Shown: piece after piece, positions 1 through 11,704 of the stretch
Layout: each line of letters opens with the position of its first letter
How positions within the stretch are numbered: the first letter of the stretch is position 1
From: Acidobacteriota bacterium
Lineage (GTDB): Bacteria; Acidobacteriota; Thermoanaerobaculia; Gp7-AA8
DNA length: 64,000 bases
Reading direction: 5' to 3'
Assembly (NCBI GenBank): GCA_019244185.1
Contig: JAFATB010000023.1
Coordinates: forward strand, 480,001 to 544,000
Notes under the pieces: generated by a model
What the model was told of the DNA's origin: nothing
Database searches by the model: none
Seen by the model: only the letters and a program-made list of their open reading frames with translations
Program-made: the position numbers and the translations under genes

Positions 1-1696
<1,696 letters not shown>

Positions 1697-1724
1697 TCGA
1701 GCAAATTGATTTGGAGGATGTCAG

Positions 1725-1955
1725 ATGCCGGTGCTGACCGACCAGCAGCGCAAGTTCTACGAGACGACGCTTCAGGTGACGAAGCAGGAGATCAGCGATC
1801 TCAAGGACCAGATCGAGGAAGAGCTCGCGAAGGTGAAGGACCGCATCGCCGAGTTGCAGTCCGCGATCAACGCGTCGAAGCAGATGTACGGCGCCGCGTG
1901 CTCGCGCCTCGGCGTGAACAACGATCTCGACGAAGACGACGGTGGCGAAGCGTAG
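1725..1955 (+). CDS. Small coiled-coil hypothetical protein (76 aa)
   Basis: GGAGG RBS upstream, host-like codon usage, heptad pattern, acidic tail. Confidence 0.8.
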   Translation: MPVLTDQQRKFYETTLQVTKQEISDLKDQIEEELAKVKDRIAELQSAINASKQMYGAACSRLGVNNDLDEDDGGEA

Positions 1956-2826
1956 TCTGCTGACCGGCGACGATCGACGACCGCGGCTTCACGCCGCGGT
2001 TTTTGTTTGTCTGCTCGCGTTCGCGTCCTGCCGCGCTCCCGAGCCGCTCGCCACGCAGCGCGACGATCTCGGCCGCGCGGTGGCGATGCCGCGCGACATC
2101 ACTCGCGTGGTCTCGCTCGCGGCCAACGTCACGGAGATGATCTACGCCGTCGGCGCGGAGGAGAAGCTGGTCGGGACGGACGACTTCTCGAACTATCCCG
2201 CCGCGGCGCGCGCGCTGCCGAAAGTCGGCGGCATGCAGCCGAACGTCGAGCGCATCATCGCGCTGCGTCCCGATCTCGTCTTCGCTTCGAGCGAAGGCAA
2301 CATGCCGAACATCGAGCCGCCGCTCAAAGCGGCCGGCATTCCGATCTACGTCGTGCGCACGGACCGTCTCTCCGAGATTGCGCCGGCCATGGAGCGCATC
2401 GGCGCACTGCTCGGCGCGGAGCAGCGCGCGATCGCGGCCACCGAGCTCCGCCTCCACATCGCCGCGCAGCGGCGCATGCGCGTGAATCATCCGCGCGTGC
2501 TGTTCGCGGTGTGGGCCGATCCGCTGTACGTCGCCGGACGCGCGACGTTCACCGACGATCTCTTCGCGCTGGCCGGTGCACAGAACGCGGTGCAGGTCAC
2601 CGGCTGGCCGCAGTATTCGCTCGAGTCGCTCGCCGCCCATCCGCCCGACCTCGTGCTCCATCCGCGCAAGTCGGTGACGCGGGCGGAGATCGACGCGATG
2701 CTCGCGCGCGTGCCCGGCGTGCATCCGCGCGTGGTCGCCGTCGATGAGGACATCTTCCAGCGTCCCGGCCCGCGCGTCGTCGATGCGGCGAAGGAGCTCA
2801 ATGCGATACTGGATGCGCAACGATGA
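1942..2826 (+). CDS. Cobalamin/iron-siderophore ABC substrate-binding lipoprotein (BtuF-like helical backbone metal receptor); start uncertain
   Basis: Lipobox FASC. DDLGR..., RVVSLA.NVTEMIYAVG...LVG.DDFSNYP, PNVERIIALRPDLV, RPGPR motifs. Confidence 0.85.
   Translation: MAKRSLLTGDDRRPRLHAAVFVCLLAFASCRAPEPLATQRDDLGRAVAMPRDITRVVSLAANVTEMIYAVGAEEKLVGTDDFSNYPAAARALPKVGGMQPNVERIIALRPDLVFASSEGNMPNIEPPLKAAGIPIYVVRTDRLSEIAPAMERIGALLGAEQRAIAATELRLHIAAQRRMRVNHPRVLFAVWADPLYVAGRATFTDDLFALAGAQNAVQVTGWPQYSLESLAAHPPDLVLHPRKSVTRAEIDAMLARVPGVHPRVVAVDEDIFQRPGPRVVDAAKELNAILDAQR
1980..2008 (+). terminator. Putative intrinsic terminator
   Basis: ACCGCGGC-ttcac-GCCGCGGT stem followed by TTTTGTTT. Confidence 0.6.
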
Positions 2827-2898
2827 GAGCTGAGCGATGAACGATGAACGCACGGCGGCAGGCTCGCCGTCATCGTTCATCGTTCATCGTTCATCGTT
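2819..2898. repeat. Heptamer inverted-repeat element: (AACGATG)n - short hairpin spacer - (CATCGTT)4
   Basis: Left arm AACGATG AGAGCTG AGCGATG AACGATG AACG; spacer contains ACGGCG/CGCCGT; right arm is four CATCGTT units. Confidence 0.85.
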
Positions 2899-3838
2899 CG
2901 GCGTCGCGCTCCTGGCGTTGTCCGCGCTGCTCGTCCTCTCCATCGCTCTCGGTGTTCGCTTCGGCGCGACGCCCATCCACTGGAATGACCCCACGTCGCG
3001 CACGATCCTCCTGCAGATCCGCCTGCCGCGCGTGCTGCTCGCCGCGGCCATCGGCGCGGCGCTCGCCGTCGCGGGCGTGACGTTTCAGACGCTGCTGCGC
3101 AATCCGCTCGCCGACCCGTTCATCCTCGGCGTCTCCGGCGGCGCGGCGTGCGGTGCCGCGGTCTCCGCCGCGCTCGGACTCTCGCGCATTCCCGGACTCG
3201 TGCCGCTCATCGCCTTCGCCGGCGCATGCGGCGCGACGGCCGCGGTGTTCCTGCTCGCGCGCCGCCGCGATCACACCGATCCGACACGGCTGCTGCTGTC
3301 CGGTCTCGTGCTCAACGCGTTCTTCTCCGCCGTGATCCTGATCTCGTTCGGACTCGCGCGGCAGAGCGATCTCACCGCCGCGCTCCGCTGGATGATGGGC
3401 ACCGTCGCCGGCGCGACGTGGACCGCGGTCGCACTCGTCGTCGCGTTTCTCGTCGTCACGATGCTCATCCTCGCGTGGTTCGCGAACGATCTGCGCATGC
3501 TGGCGTTCGGTGAGGAAGACGCGAAAGCGCGCGGCGTCGACGTCGAGCGCGTCACGCTCGCGGGCTTCGCCGCCGCCTCGATCGTCACCGGCGCCGCCGT
3601 CGCCGTGAGCGGCATCATCGGCTTCGTCGGTCTGCTCGTGCCGCATCTCATCCGGCTGATCTGGCGCCGCGACTTTCGTTTTCTTCTTCCGCTCTGCGCG
3701 CTCGGCGGCGCGGCGCTGATGGCCGGCGCCGATCTCGTGTCGCGCGTCTCCGTTCCCGACGCGGAGCTGCCGATCGGCGCGTTCACGGCGATCCTCGGCG
3801 TGCCGTTTTTTCTGTCGCTGCTGCGGAGAGCGCGCTGA
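2837..3838 (+). CDS. FecCD/BtuC-family ABC permease
   Basis: IRLPRVLLA, QTLLRNPLADPFILGVSGGA, GIIGFVGLLVPH, ELPIG motifs. Confidence 0.92.
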   Translation: MNDERTAAGSPSSFIVHRSSFGVALLALSALLVLSIALGVRFGATPIHWNDPTSRTILLQIRLPRVLLAAAIGAALAVAGVTFQTLLRNPLADPFILGVSGGAACGAAVSAALGLSRIPGLVPLIAFAGACGATAAVFLLARRRDHTDPTRLLLSGLVLNAFFSAVILISFGLARQSDLTAALRWMMGTVAGATWTAVALVVAFLVVTMLILAWFANDLRMLAFGEEDAKARGVDVERVTLAGFAAASIVTGAAVAVSGIIGFVGLLVPHLIRLIWRRDFRFLLPLCALGGAALMAGADLVSRVSVPDAELPIGAFTAILGVPFFLSLLRRAR

Positions 3839-4605
3839 TGCTGGAGCTGCGCGACGTCGCGTACGCGTACGCCGGCGCGCCCGCGCTGCGCGACGTCACG
3901 CTGCGCGTCGGGCAGCGCGAGCTCGTCGCGCTCGCGGGGCCGAACGGCTCCGGCAAGTCGACGCTGCTGAAGCTCATCGCGCGGGTGTTCGCGCCGCAGC
4001 GCGGCACGATCGCGTTCGAGGGCACGCCGCTCGCGCAGTGGCTCGGCAAGGACTACGCGAAGCGCGTCGGGTATCTGCCGCAGGATCCCGATCCCGCGTT
4101 TCCGATGCGCGCGCTCGACGTCGTGGTCACCGGCCGCGCGCCGTATCTCGGTCGCTTCGCGTGGGAGTCGGCGCGCGACTGGGACGAGGCGCGCGCGGCG
4201 CTCGCGCTCTGCGACGCGGAGCATCTCGCAGAGCGTTACCTCGACGAGATGAGCGGCGGGGAGCGCAAGCGCGTCTTTCTCGCGCGCGTGCTCGCGGGGC
4301 AGCCGCGCCTCATCCTGCTCGACGAGCCGCTGGCCGCGCTCGACCTCGCGCACGTGCAGCAGTTCGCGGCGCTGCTGCGCGACGTCGTCGACCGCACCGG
4401 CGCGACCGTGCTCTTCGCCGCGCACGACCTCAACTGGGCCGCCGCGCACAGCGACCGCATGCTGGTGATGCAGCAGGGCGCGCTCGCGCTCGACGCCGCG
4501 CCATCCGAGGTCATGCGCGCGGAGGTCGTGCGTGCTCTGTTCGGGCTGGAGGTGGAGACGGTCGCGCGCGACGGCAGAACCTGGATCGTGCCGCGCGTTA
4601 CGTAA
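3838..4605 (+). CDS. ABC transporter ATP-binding protein (FecE/BtuD-like)
   Basis: Walker A GPNGSGKST, signature MSGGE, Walker B LLDEP, HDLN. Confidence 0.92.
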   Translation: MLELRDVAYAYAGAPALRDVTLRVGQRELVALAGPNGSGKSTLLKLIARVFAPQRGTIAFEGTPLAQWLGKDYAKRVGYLPQDPDPAFPMRALDVVVTGRAPYLGRFAWESARDWDEARAALALCDAEHLAERYLDEMSGGERKRVFLARVLAGQPRLILLDEPLAALDLAHVQQFAALLRDVVDRTGATVLFAAHDLNWAAAHSDRMLVMQQGALALDAAPSEVMRAEVVRALFGLEVETVARDGRTWIVPRVT

Positions 4606-4636
4606 ACGCGCGAACGCGGTCGCGCGTCGATTCGGT

Positions 4637-6112
4637 ATGAATCGATTGGTCCCCATCGCCGCGCTCGCGCTTCTCGCGGCCGCGCCGCAGCCGCAACAGC
4701 TGACCGAATCGCAGCGCGCGTTGCACGCGCTGAATCGCCTCGGCTTCGGCGCGCGTCCCGGCGACGTCGAGCGCGTCACGAGCATCGGCGTCGACCGCTG
4801 GATCGAACAGCAGCTCCATCCCGAACGCATCGACGACCGCGCCGTCGACGCGCGACTCGCGCGCTACACGACGCTGCAACTCTCCGACGACCAGGTGATG
4901 CAGCAGTTCGCGAAACCGATCCTCGATGCGCGCAAGCAGAAGAAGCAGCAGCAGCTCAGCGCCGAAGACCTCGAAGCGATGCGCGAGAAGATCCCGCCGT
5001 CGCAGCGTCCGCGCCGCCTCGTCGCCGAACTCTCCGCGCAGCGCCTCGTGCGCGCCGCGGAATCGGAGCGTCAGCTCAACGAAGTGCTCGTCGACTTCTG
5101 GATGAACCACTTCAACGTCTACGCCGCAAAAGGGCTGGACCGCTATCTCATCGCGTCGTACGAGCGCGACACGATCCGCCCGCGCGTGTGGGGCCGCTTC
5201 GAAGACCTCTTGCTCGCGACCGCGCAGTCGCCGGCGATGCTCTTCTACCTCGACAACGCGCGCTCGCGCGCCGGCGCGATCAACGAGAACTACGCGCGCG
5301 AGATCATGGAGCTGCACACCCTCGGCGTCGACGGCGGCTACATGCAGAAAGACGTCACCGAGCTCGCGCGCGTGTTCACCGGCTGGAGCATGTCGCGCCC
5401 GCAGGACGCGCGCATGGAATTCGTGTTCCGTCCGCGTCTGCACGACCGCGGCGCGAAGACGGTGCTCGGCGTGCGCTTCGCGCCGAACGGCGGCATCGAC
5501 GAAGGCGCGCGGATGATCCGCATCCTCGCGCGGCATCCCGCGACGGCTCATCATCTCGCGACGAAGCTCTGCCAGCGCCTGGTCAGCGACACGCCGTCGG
5601 CCGCGCTCGTCGAGCGCGTCGCGCAGCGCTACCTCGCCACGAACGGCGATCTGCGCGAGACCGTGCGCGCGATCGTGACCAGCCCCGAGTTCTGGGACGC
5701 GCGCAACTACCGCGCGAAAGTGAAGTCGCCGTTCGAGTACGCCGTCTCCGCGATCCGCGCGACCGGCGCCACGATCGAGAATCCGCTGCCGCTCGCGCGC
5801 GAGCTCAAGACCATCGGCGAGCCGCTCTACTTCGCGCAGCCGCCGATCGGATACTCCGACAAATCCGAGGCGTGGGTGAACAGCGGCGCGCTGCTCGCGC
5901 GGCTCAACTTCGCGCTCGCGCTGGCCGGCAACAAGATGCAGGGAGTGCGCGTCGACGTCGCGAAGCTCGGCACGTCGACGGACGCCCTTGCTCGCGTGCT
6001 GACCGGCGGGCAGCTGACCGACGAAACGAAGAAGACGATCGCCGCGCGCGGCAACGATCCGCAGCTCGTGGCGGGTCTGATTCTCGGAAGCCCGGAGTTC
6101 CAACGCCAATGA
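4637..6112 (+). CDS. DUF1800 family secreted protein
   Basis: Signal peptide. HALNRLGFGARPGD, FWMNHFNV, MLFYLDN, NENYAREIMELHTLG, SPEFQR. Confidence 0.88.
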   Translation: MNRLVPIAALALLAAAPQPQQLTESQRALHALNRLGFGARPGDVERVTSIGVDRWIEQQLHPERIDDRAVDARLARYTTLQLSDDQVMQQFAKPILDARKQKKQQQLSAEDLEAMREKIPPSQRPRRLVAELSAQRLVRAAESERQLNEVLVDFWMNHFNVYAAKGLDRYLIASYERDTIRPRVWGRFEDLLLATAQSPAMLFYLDNARSRAGAINENYAREIMELHTLGVDGGYMQKDVTELARVFTGWSMSRPQDARMEFVFRPRLHDRGAKTVLGVRFAPNGGIDEGARMIRILARHPATAHHLATKLCQRLVSDTPSAALVERVAQRYLATNGDLRETVRAIVTSPEFWDARNYRAKVKSPFEYAVSAIRATGATIENPLPLARELKTIGEPLYFAQPPIGYSDKSEAWVNSGALLARLNFALALAGNKMQGVRVDVAKLGTSTDALARVLTGGQLTDETKKTIAARGNDPQLVAGLILGSPEFQRQ

Positions 6113-7311
6113 ACCGACGCTTTTTTCTCAAGTCCACCGGCCTCGTGCTCGCCGGTTCCGCGCTCACGCCGAACGTCTTCGCGAAGATGGCGAACGTCTC
6201 GTCGACGCGCGGCAAACGCGTGCTCGTGGCGATCTTCCAGCGCGGCGCCGTCGACGGTCTGAACATGATCGTGCCGCACGGCGAGCGCGCGTACTACGCG
6301 GCGCGGCCGTCGATCGCGATCCCGAAGGCGAACGTGCTCGACCTCGACGGCTTCTTCGGCGCGCATCCCTCGCTGCAGTCGCTGATGCCGTTCTGGCGCG
6401 ACAAGTCGCTCGGCATCGTGCACGCGGCCGGCAGCCCCGACGCGACGCGCTCGCACTTCGACGCGCAGGACTTCATGGAGTCGGGCACGCCCGGCGTCAA
6501 ATCGACCGAAGACGGCTTTCTCTCCCGCGCGCTGATGACCGAGGCGCGCGCGAAGTCGCCGCTGCGCGCGGTCGCGATCTCGCCGTCGATGCCGCGCATT
6601 CTCTCCGGCAGCGCCGGCGCGATCGCGACCACGAGCCTCGCCGATTTCGCGGTGCGCTCCGGCAAGTCGAGCGCGGACGCCGCGGCGTCGTTCGAGTCGA
6701 TGTACGGCGAGGCCGTGGCCGGTGCGCTCGGCGACACGGCCAAAGATTCGTTCGAGGCCGCGCGGCTGCTGCAGTCAGTCGACACCGCCGCGTCGAAAGA
6801 TGGATATCCAAGGAATCCACTCGCCGACGCGCTGCAGCAGATCGCGACGCTCATCAAGAGCAACGTGGGACTCGAGATCGCGTTCGCCGACGTCGGCGGC
6901 TGGGACACGCACGCGGCCGAAGGCGGCGCGCAGGGCCAGCTGGCGAACAATCTCCGCGGCTTCTCCGATGCCATCGCCGCGTTCGCGAACGACCTCGGAT
7001 CGCGCATGGCCGACGTCACGCTGGTGACGATGTCGGAGTTCGGGCGCACGGTGCACGAGAACGGCAATCGCGGCACCGATCACGGGCACGCGACGGTGAT
7101 GCTCGCGCTGGGCGGCGGCGTCAACGGCGGCAAGGTGCACGGACACTGGCCGGGACTCGAGACCTCGCAGCTGTACGAGCAACGCGATCTCGCGGTGACG
7201 ACCGACTTCCGCGACGTCTTCGCCGAACTGCTCACGAAGCGGCAGGGCGTCACGTCGCTGGCGAGCGTCTTTCCGCGCCATCAGCCGAGAGCGGTCGGAC
7301 TCGTGGCCTGA
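6109..7311 (+). CDS. DUF1501 family Tat-exported protein
   Basis: MNRRFFLK Tat motif; FQRGAVDGLN, RSHFDAQD, GGWDTH, SEFGRT..ENG..GTDHG; ATGA overlap with DUF1800. Confidence 0.88.
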   Translation: MNRRFFLKSTGLVLAGSALTPNVFAKMANVSSTRGKRVLVAIFQRGAVDGLNMIVPHGERAYYAARPSIAIPKANVLDLDGFFGAHPSLQSLMPFWRDKSLGIVHAAGSPDATRSHFDAQDFMESGTPGVKSTEDGFLSRALMTEARAKSPLRAVAISPSMPRILSGSAGAIATTSLADFAVRSGKSSADAAASFESMYGEAVAGALGDTAKDSFEAARLLQSVDTAASKDGYPRNPLADALQQIATLIKSNVGLEIAFADVGGWDTHAAEGGAQGQLANNLRGFSDAIAAFANDLGSRMADVTLVTMSEFGRTVHENGNRGTDHGHATVMLALGGGVNGGKVHGHWPGLETSQLYEQRDLAVTTDFRDVFAELLTKRQGVTSLASVFPRHQPRAVGLVA

Positions 7312-8480
7312 GCGGCGTCCGCGCGCGGACGCGCGGCGTAGGCGAGCGACGCGGAGAGAATGCCGCTCGCGCCGCACGCGAGCCAGAGCAGCGTCTCGTT
7401 GTACGCGTAGAGCACCATGCCGATCGCGGGACCGAGGAGCATGCCGCACGACCACGTCATCAGCCAGAGGCCCATGTAGCGGCCGCGATAGCGCTCCGGC
7501 GCGAGTCCGGTGACGAACGCTCCGGTCACCGGCGCCCACGTCATCTCGCCGAACGTCCAGAGCACGACCGTCGCGCCGATGGCGACGACGTTGTGCGCCA
7601 GTCCCGTCATCGCGAAGCCGACGCCGGTGAGCCCGTAGCCGAGCGCGATGAGCAGCTGCGGCTGAAACCGCTGCGACCACGACACGATCGAAAGCTCGAA
7701 GCAGACGATGAGCAGACCGTTGAGCGAGATCAGCGTGCCGTACGTCGACGGCGAGTAGCCGGCCTTTTCGATGTGCAGCGGAAGCGTGGAGTGGTACTGG
7801 AACTCGATCCACGTCATGCACAGCGTGGCGAGGAGAAACGTGACGAATGTACGGTCGCGCAACGCGACGCGCACCGCCGCCGCGGGCTCTTCATCGTGCG
7901 CGCTCGAACGGAGTCCGTGCGGCAGCGCGAAGAACGCCACGCAGCCGAATGCGAACGAGGTCAGCGCGTCGCCGGCGAAGAGCAGAAAGAACGAGCGGTT
8001 CGCGAGGAAGCCGGCGGTCGCGGGTCCGGCGGCGAAGCCGAGGTTCACGGCGAAGCGATACATCCCGAACGCGGCGATGCGCTGTTCGGGCGCGACGAGA
8101 TCGCCGAGGAGCGCGTTCGCGGCGGGACGATAGATCTCCCCGATCGCGCCGACGGCGAAGGTGAAGATCGCGATCAGCGGCAGCGTGCGGGCCTGCGAGA
8201 GCGCGAGCATCGTGGCCGCGGAGCCGAACATCGACAGCGCGATCGTGTTGCGGCGCCCGATGCGGTCCGCGAGATGGCCGCCGGCGATCGACGCGATGAG
8301 ATGCCCGGCGCCGTACGCGCCGATGGCGATGCCTGCCTGCGCCGGCGTGAAGCCGCGGCGCGTGAGGTAGATCGCCAGGAACGGCATGACGAACGTGCCG
8401 AAGCGATTGATGAACGCGCCGCCGAAGAGCACCCACGCGGGGCGGGGGAGGGCGCGGAGGTTCTGGCGGAGCGTGGGCAC
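7281..8480 (-). CDS. MFS transporter
   Basis: Multiple TM helices; motif A GHLADRIGRR. Confidence 0.88.
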   Translation of the reverse strand: MPTLRQNLRALPRPAWVLFGGAFINRFGTFVMPFLAIYLTRRGFTPAQAGIAIGAYGAGHLIASIAGGHLADRIGRRNTIALSMFGSAATMLALSQARTLPLIAIFTFAVGAIGEIYRPAANALLGDLVAPEQRIAAFGMYRFAVNLGFAAGPATAGFLANRSFFLLFAGDALTSFAFGCVAFFALPHGLRSSAHDEEPAAAVRVALRDRTFVTFLLATLCMTWIEFQYHSTLPLHIEKAGYSPSTYGTLISLNGLLIVCFELSIVSWSQRFQPQLLIALGYGLTGVGFAMTGLAHNVVAIGATVVLWTFGEMTWAPVTGAFVTGLAPERYRGRYMGLWLMTWSCGMLLGPAIGMVLYAYNETLLWLACGASGILSASLAYAARPRADAAQATSPTALG

Positions 8481-8536
8481 GCTCGCAGTGTAGATGAGCG
8501 GCGGGCGCCGCGCGCCCGCCGCTCATCGGGGAAGGG

Positions 8537-11500
8537 TTACTCGAAGAAGAAGCGCGCCATGAAGGCGCGGAACTGCGACTTCGTGGTCGCGCCGATCACA
8601 CCGCTGTCGGCCTTCTCCCATTCCTCGCGCGTGAGCACTTTGATGGGATCGAGCTTCTTCGCGGCGAGGGTTTTGTTGACGGCGTCGACATCCTTCGCCG
8701 CCGCGTCGAACGCCGACTGCTTCTTCGCCAGCTCGGCCGCCAGCGCGTCGGCCTCGGCGAGCTGCGAGTCGGTCGGACGTCCGTCGAAGCTGTTCACGGC
8801 GCCGTAGACGGAGCCCATGCGCTCGCGGAGCTGTTCCTCGCCGGAGAGCCAGCCGCCCTCGCGCGTGGCGACGAGGGTCTTGTACTGCTCGTCGAGCTTG
8901 TTCGCGAAGTCGGTGAGCTTCTTCTTGTCGGCGCCGGAGAGCTTGGCCGCGCGCGCGTTGGCTTGATCGCGCAGCGTCTTCACGCGCTCGGTGAGGAACG
9001 TGAAGTCGGCCAGCATGTCGTACAGCCGGCGCACGCTCTTCTGCTGCAGCGCGCGGTCTTCGGCGCTGTACGTCGCGCGCGTGTCGGGCACGAGATCGAT
9101 CGTCGAGGTGTACGTCTCTTTCCCCTTGATCAGCTTCACCGTGTACTTGCCGGCGGGCGCGCGCGGACCGGTGAACGAGCCGCCGGAGAAGATGACCGAG
9201 CTGCCGGCCGGCATCTTCGGCGCCTTCAGGCGCATCGGCCATTCGACGTGATTGATGCCGCGCCGTTTGCCGGCGGGCAGCGTGGAGATGAGCTTGCCGT
9301 CGGCGTCGTAGATCTCGATCTTCGAGTCGCCGACGATGTGGCGCTTCTTGAAGTAGTACGCGATCGACGCGACGTCGCCGACGTCATCGGAGGAGAAGAC
9401 CGCGTCGCCTTCCGAGCGCGACTCGAATGCGGGGATCTTCAGCGCCGCGGCGCGGCTCGGCAGCATGACCACGTCTTTCGCGAGCGCGTCGGGCGTGAGC
9501 GCGCGGAGGGGCGTGATGTCGTCGATGACGTAGATGCCGCGGCCGTGCGTGGCGACGAGGAGATCGGCGTCGCGCGGATGGAGCTGGAGGTCGAACACCG
9601 GAACGGCGGGGAAGTTCTCGCGGAACTGCGCCCAGCTCGCGCCCGCGTCCAGCGAGATCCACAGCCCCGCCTCGGTGCCGAGGAACAGCAGGTTCGGGTT
9701 CACGAGATCTTCGCGGACGACCTGCGCGTAGCCTTTGACGTCGCCCGTCGCGAGCGGCTCCCACGTCTTGCCGCCGTCGCGCGTGCGGTAGACGTAGGTC
9801 TTCATGTCGCCGGTGCGGTGGCCGTCGAAGGTGACGTACGCGGTGTTCGCGTCGGCGTGCGAGGCGTCGACGCGCGAGACCCACGTCTTGGCCGGCACGC
9901 CCTTCACGTTCGCGACGACGTTCGTCCAAGACTTGCCGCCGTCGCGCGTGACCTGCACGTTGCCGTCGTCGGTGCCGACCCAGATCGTGTTCGGGTCCTT
10001 CATCGACTCGGAGATGGTGATGATGGTCGTGTAGTTCTCGGCCGACGAGTTGTCGATCGAGAGGCCGCCCGACTCGAGCTGCTTCTGGTGGCTCTGATCG
10101 TTCGTCGTGAGATCCGGCGAGATGCGCTCCCACGAGTCGCCGCGGTCGCGCGAGCGCATGAGGTACTGCGAGCCGAGGTAGACCACGCCCTTCTGCGTCG
10201 GGCTGGAGTAGATCGGCGTGTTCCAGTTGAAGCGCAGCTTCTGCTCGTCCTTGCGCGCGTACGGATAGATCTCTTTGTTCTCGCCGGTGGAGCGGCGGAC
10301 GCGCACGATGCGGCCGCCCTGCGACTCGACGTAGACGTAGTCGGGCTCGACGGAGTCGATGGCCACCGCGAAGCCGTCGCCGCCGCCGATGGGGCGCCAG
10401 TGGTGGTTGGTCACGCCGCCGGGATACTGCGACGGGCCGGTCCACGTGCCGTTGTCCTGCAGGCCGCCGTAGACGTGGTACGGCGTGTCGAGGTCGTAGG
10501 CCACGTGGTAGAACTGCGAGACCGGCAGCACCTCGAGATGGCGCCAGCGCTGCGCTTTGTCGCGCGACTGGTAGACGCCGCCGTCGGTGCCGACGAGGAT
10601 CTCGTTCGGATCGCTCGGATTGATCCAGAGCGCGTGCAGATCGGGATGCATGGCGTTGCCGAACGAGAGGATCGAGCCGGAGAACGTCTTGCCGCCGTCG
10701 TCGCTGAACGTGAGCGAGTATCCGGGCTTGTAGACGCGGTTGTGATCCTTCGGGTCGACGATGATGTTGGCGAAGTAGAACGGGCGCACCTGCACGTTGA
10801 ACGAGTCGTTCATCTCGCGCCAGTGCTCGCCGAGGTCGTCGGAGCGGAAGAGCGCGGTCTTCTTCGCCTCGACGACGGCGTAGACGGTGCTCGGCCGCGA
10901 CGGCGCCACCGCGACGGCGATGCGTCCGAGGTTGCCTTCCGGAAGTCCGGTCTTCAGCTTCTCCCACGTGTCGCCGCCGTCCTTCGAGCGGTAAAGACCG
11001 CTGCCCGGACCGCCGGAAGAAAAGAAGTCCGGCTGGCGGCGGAACTGCCACATGCCGGCGTAGAGGATGTTCGGATCGCCCGGATCGAGCGTGACGTCGG
11101 CGCAGCCGGTGTTGGTGTCGACGTAGAGCACTTTCTTCCACGTCTTGCCGCCGTCGGTGGTGCGGAAGAGGCCGCGCTCTTCGTTCGAGTTCCACGCGTG
11201 GCCGGTGGCGCAGACGTAGACGGTGTCGGATTTCTTCGGGTTCACGACGATGCGCGCGATGTGCTCGCTGTCGCCGAGGCCAACGTTCGTCCACGTCGCG
11301 CCGGCGTCGGTCGACTTGTAGACGCCGTCGCCGACGGAGACGCTGTTGCGCACCCACGACTCGCCGCTGCCGACCCAGACGGTCGACGGATTGGCGTCGT
11401 CGATGGCGATCGCGCCGATGGACTGGATGTGATCGTCGAAGACCGGTTTGAACGTCGTGCCGTCATCGGTCGACTTCCACACGCCGCCGCTCGCGGCGCC

Positions 11501-11695
11501 GATGTAGATCGTCGACGGCGAGCCGGCCGTGCCGTCGATCGCGGCGATGCGGCCGCCCATGACCGCGGGGCCGATCGCGCGCGCGCGAAAGCCGCCGAAG
11601 GTCGACGAGTCGAGTTTGACCGGCTCGTCGCCGAAGAGCGGTGTTGAGAGAGGCAGCAAACCAGCGAGGCACAACGCAACTACGCTTTTCTTCAC
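8537..11695 (-). CDS. Secreted VPS10/sortilin-like BNR-repeat beta-propeller protein (annotated glycosyl hydrolase family)
   Basis: Signal peptide, R.IGP...GGRI start, many SxDGGxTW Asp-boxes, GGLQDNGTW, RFNWNTP, C-terminal helical tail. Confidence 0.88.
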   Translation of the reverse strand: MKKSVVALCLAGLLPLSTPLFGDEPVKLDSSTFGGFRARAIGPAVMGGRIAAIDGTAGSPSTIYIGAASGGVWKSTDDGTTFKPVFDDHIQSIGAIAIDDANPSTVWVGSGESWVRNSVSVGDGVYKSTDAGATWTNVGLGDSEHIARIVVNPKKSDTVYVCATGHAWNSNEERGLFRTTDGGKTWKKVLYVDTNTGCADVTLDPGDPNILYAGMWQFRRQPDFFSSGGPGSGLYRSKDGGDTWEKLKTGLPEGNLGRIAVAVAPSRPSTVYAVVEAKKTALFRSDDLGEHWREMNDSFNVQVRPFYFANIIVDPKDHNRVYKPGYSLTFSDDGGKTFSGSILSFGNAMHPDLHALWINPSDPNEILVGTDGGVYQSRDKAQRWRHLEVLPVSQFYHVAYDLDTPYHVYGGLQDNGTWTGPSQYPGGVTNHHWRPIGGGDGFAVAIDSVEPDYVYVESQGGRIVRVRRSTGENKEIYPYARKDEQKLRFNWNTPIYSSPTQKGVVYLGSQYLMRSRDRGDSWERISPDLTTNDQSHQKQLESGGLSIDNSSAENYTTIITISESMKDPNTIWVGTDDGNVQVTRDGGKSWTNVVANVKGVPAKTWVSRVDASHADANTAYVTFDGHRTGDMKTYVYRTRDGGKTWEPLATGDVKGYAQVVREDLVNPNLLFLGTEAGLWISLDAGASWAQFRENFPAVPVFDLQLHPRDADLLVATHGRGIYVIDDITPLRALTPDALAKDVVMLPSRAAALKIPAFESRSEGDAVFSSDDVGDVASIAYYFKKRHIVGDSKIEIYDADGKLISTLPAGKRRGINHVEWPMRLKAPKMPAGSSVIFSGGSFTGPRAPAGKYTVKLIKGKETYTSTIDLVPDTRATYSAEDRALQQKSVRRLYDMLADFTFLTERVKTLRDQANARAAKLSGADKKKLTDFANKLDEQYKTLVATREGGWLSGEEQLRERMGSVYGAVNSFDGRPTDSQLAEADALAAELAKKQSAFDAAAKDVDAVNKTLAAKKLDPIKVLTREEWEKADSGVIGATTKSQFRAFMARFFFE

Positions 11696-11704
11696 CCGTT
11701 CTCC

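Noticed and set aside
2819-2898. CRISPR array
   Set aside because: 7-bp tandem units without unique spacers; no cas genes.
4637-7311. DUF1800/DUF1501 pair as a novel system
   Set aside because: A widely recurring known gene pair; nothing distinctive here.
8963-11647. Very long antisense or alternate-frame ORFs (also 25893..29126-, 37026..40376+, 48301..51522+, 52529..56035-, 280..1737+)
   Set aside because: Shadows of real genes caused by high GC3 and scarce stop codons; Arg/Ala-rich translations with no motifs.
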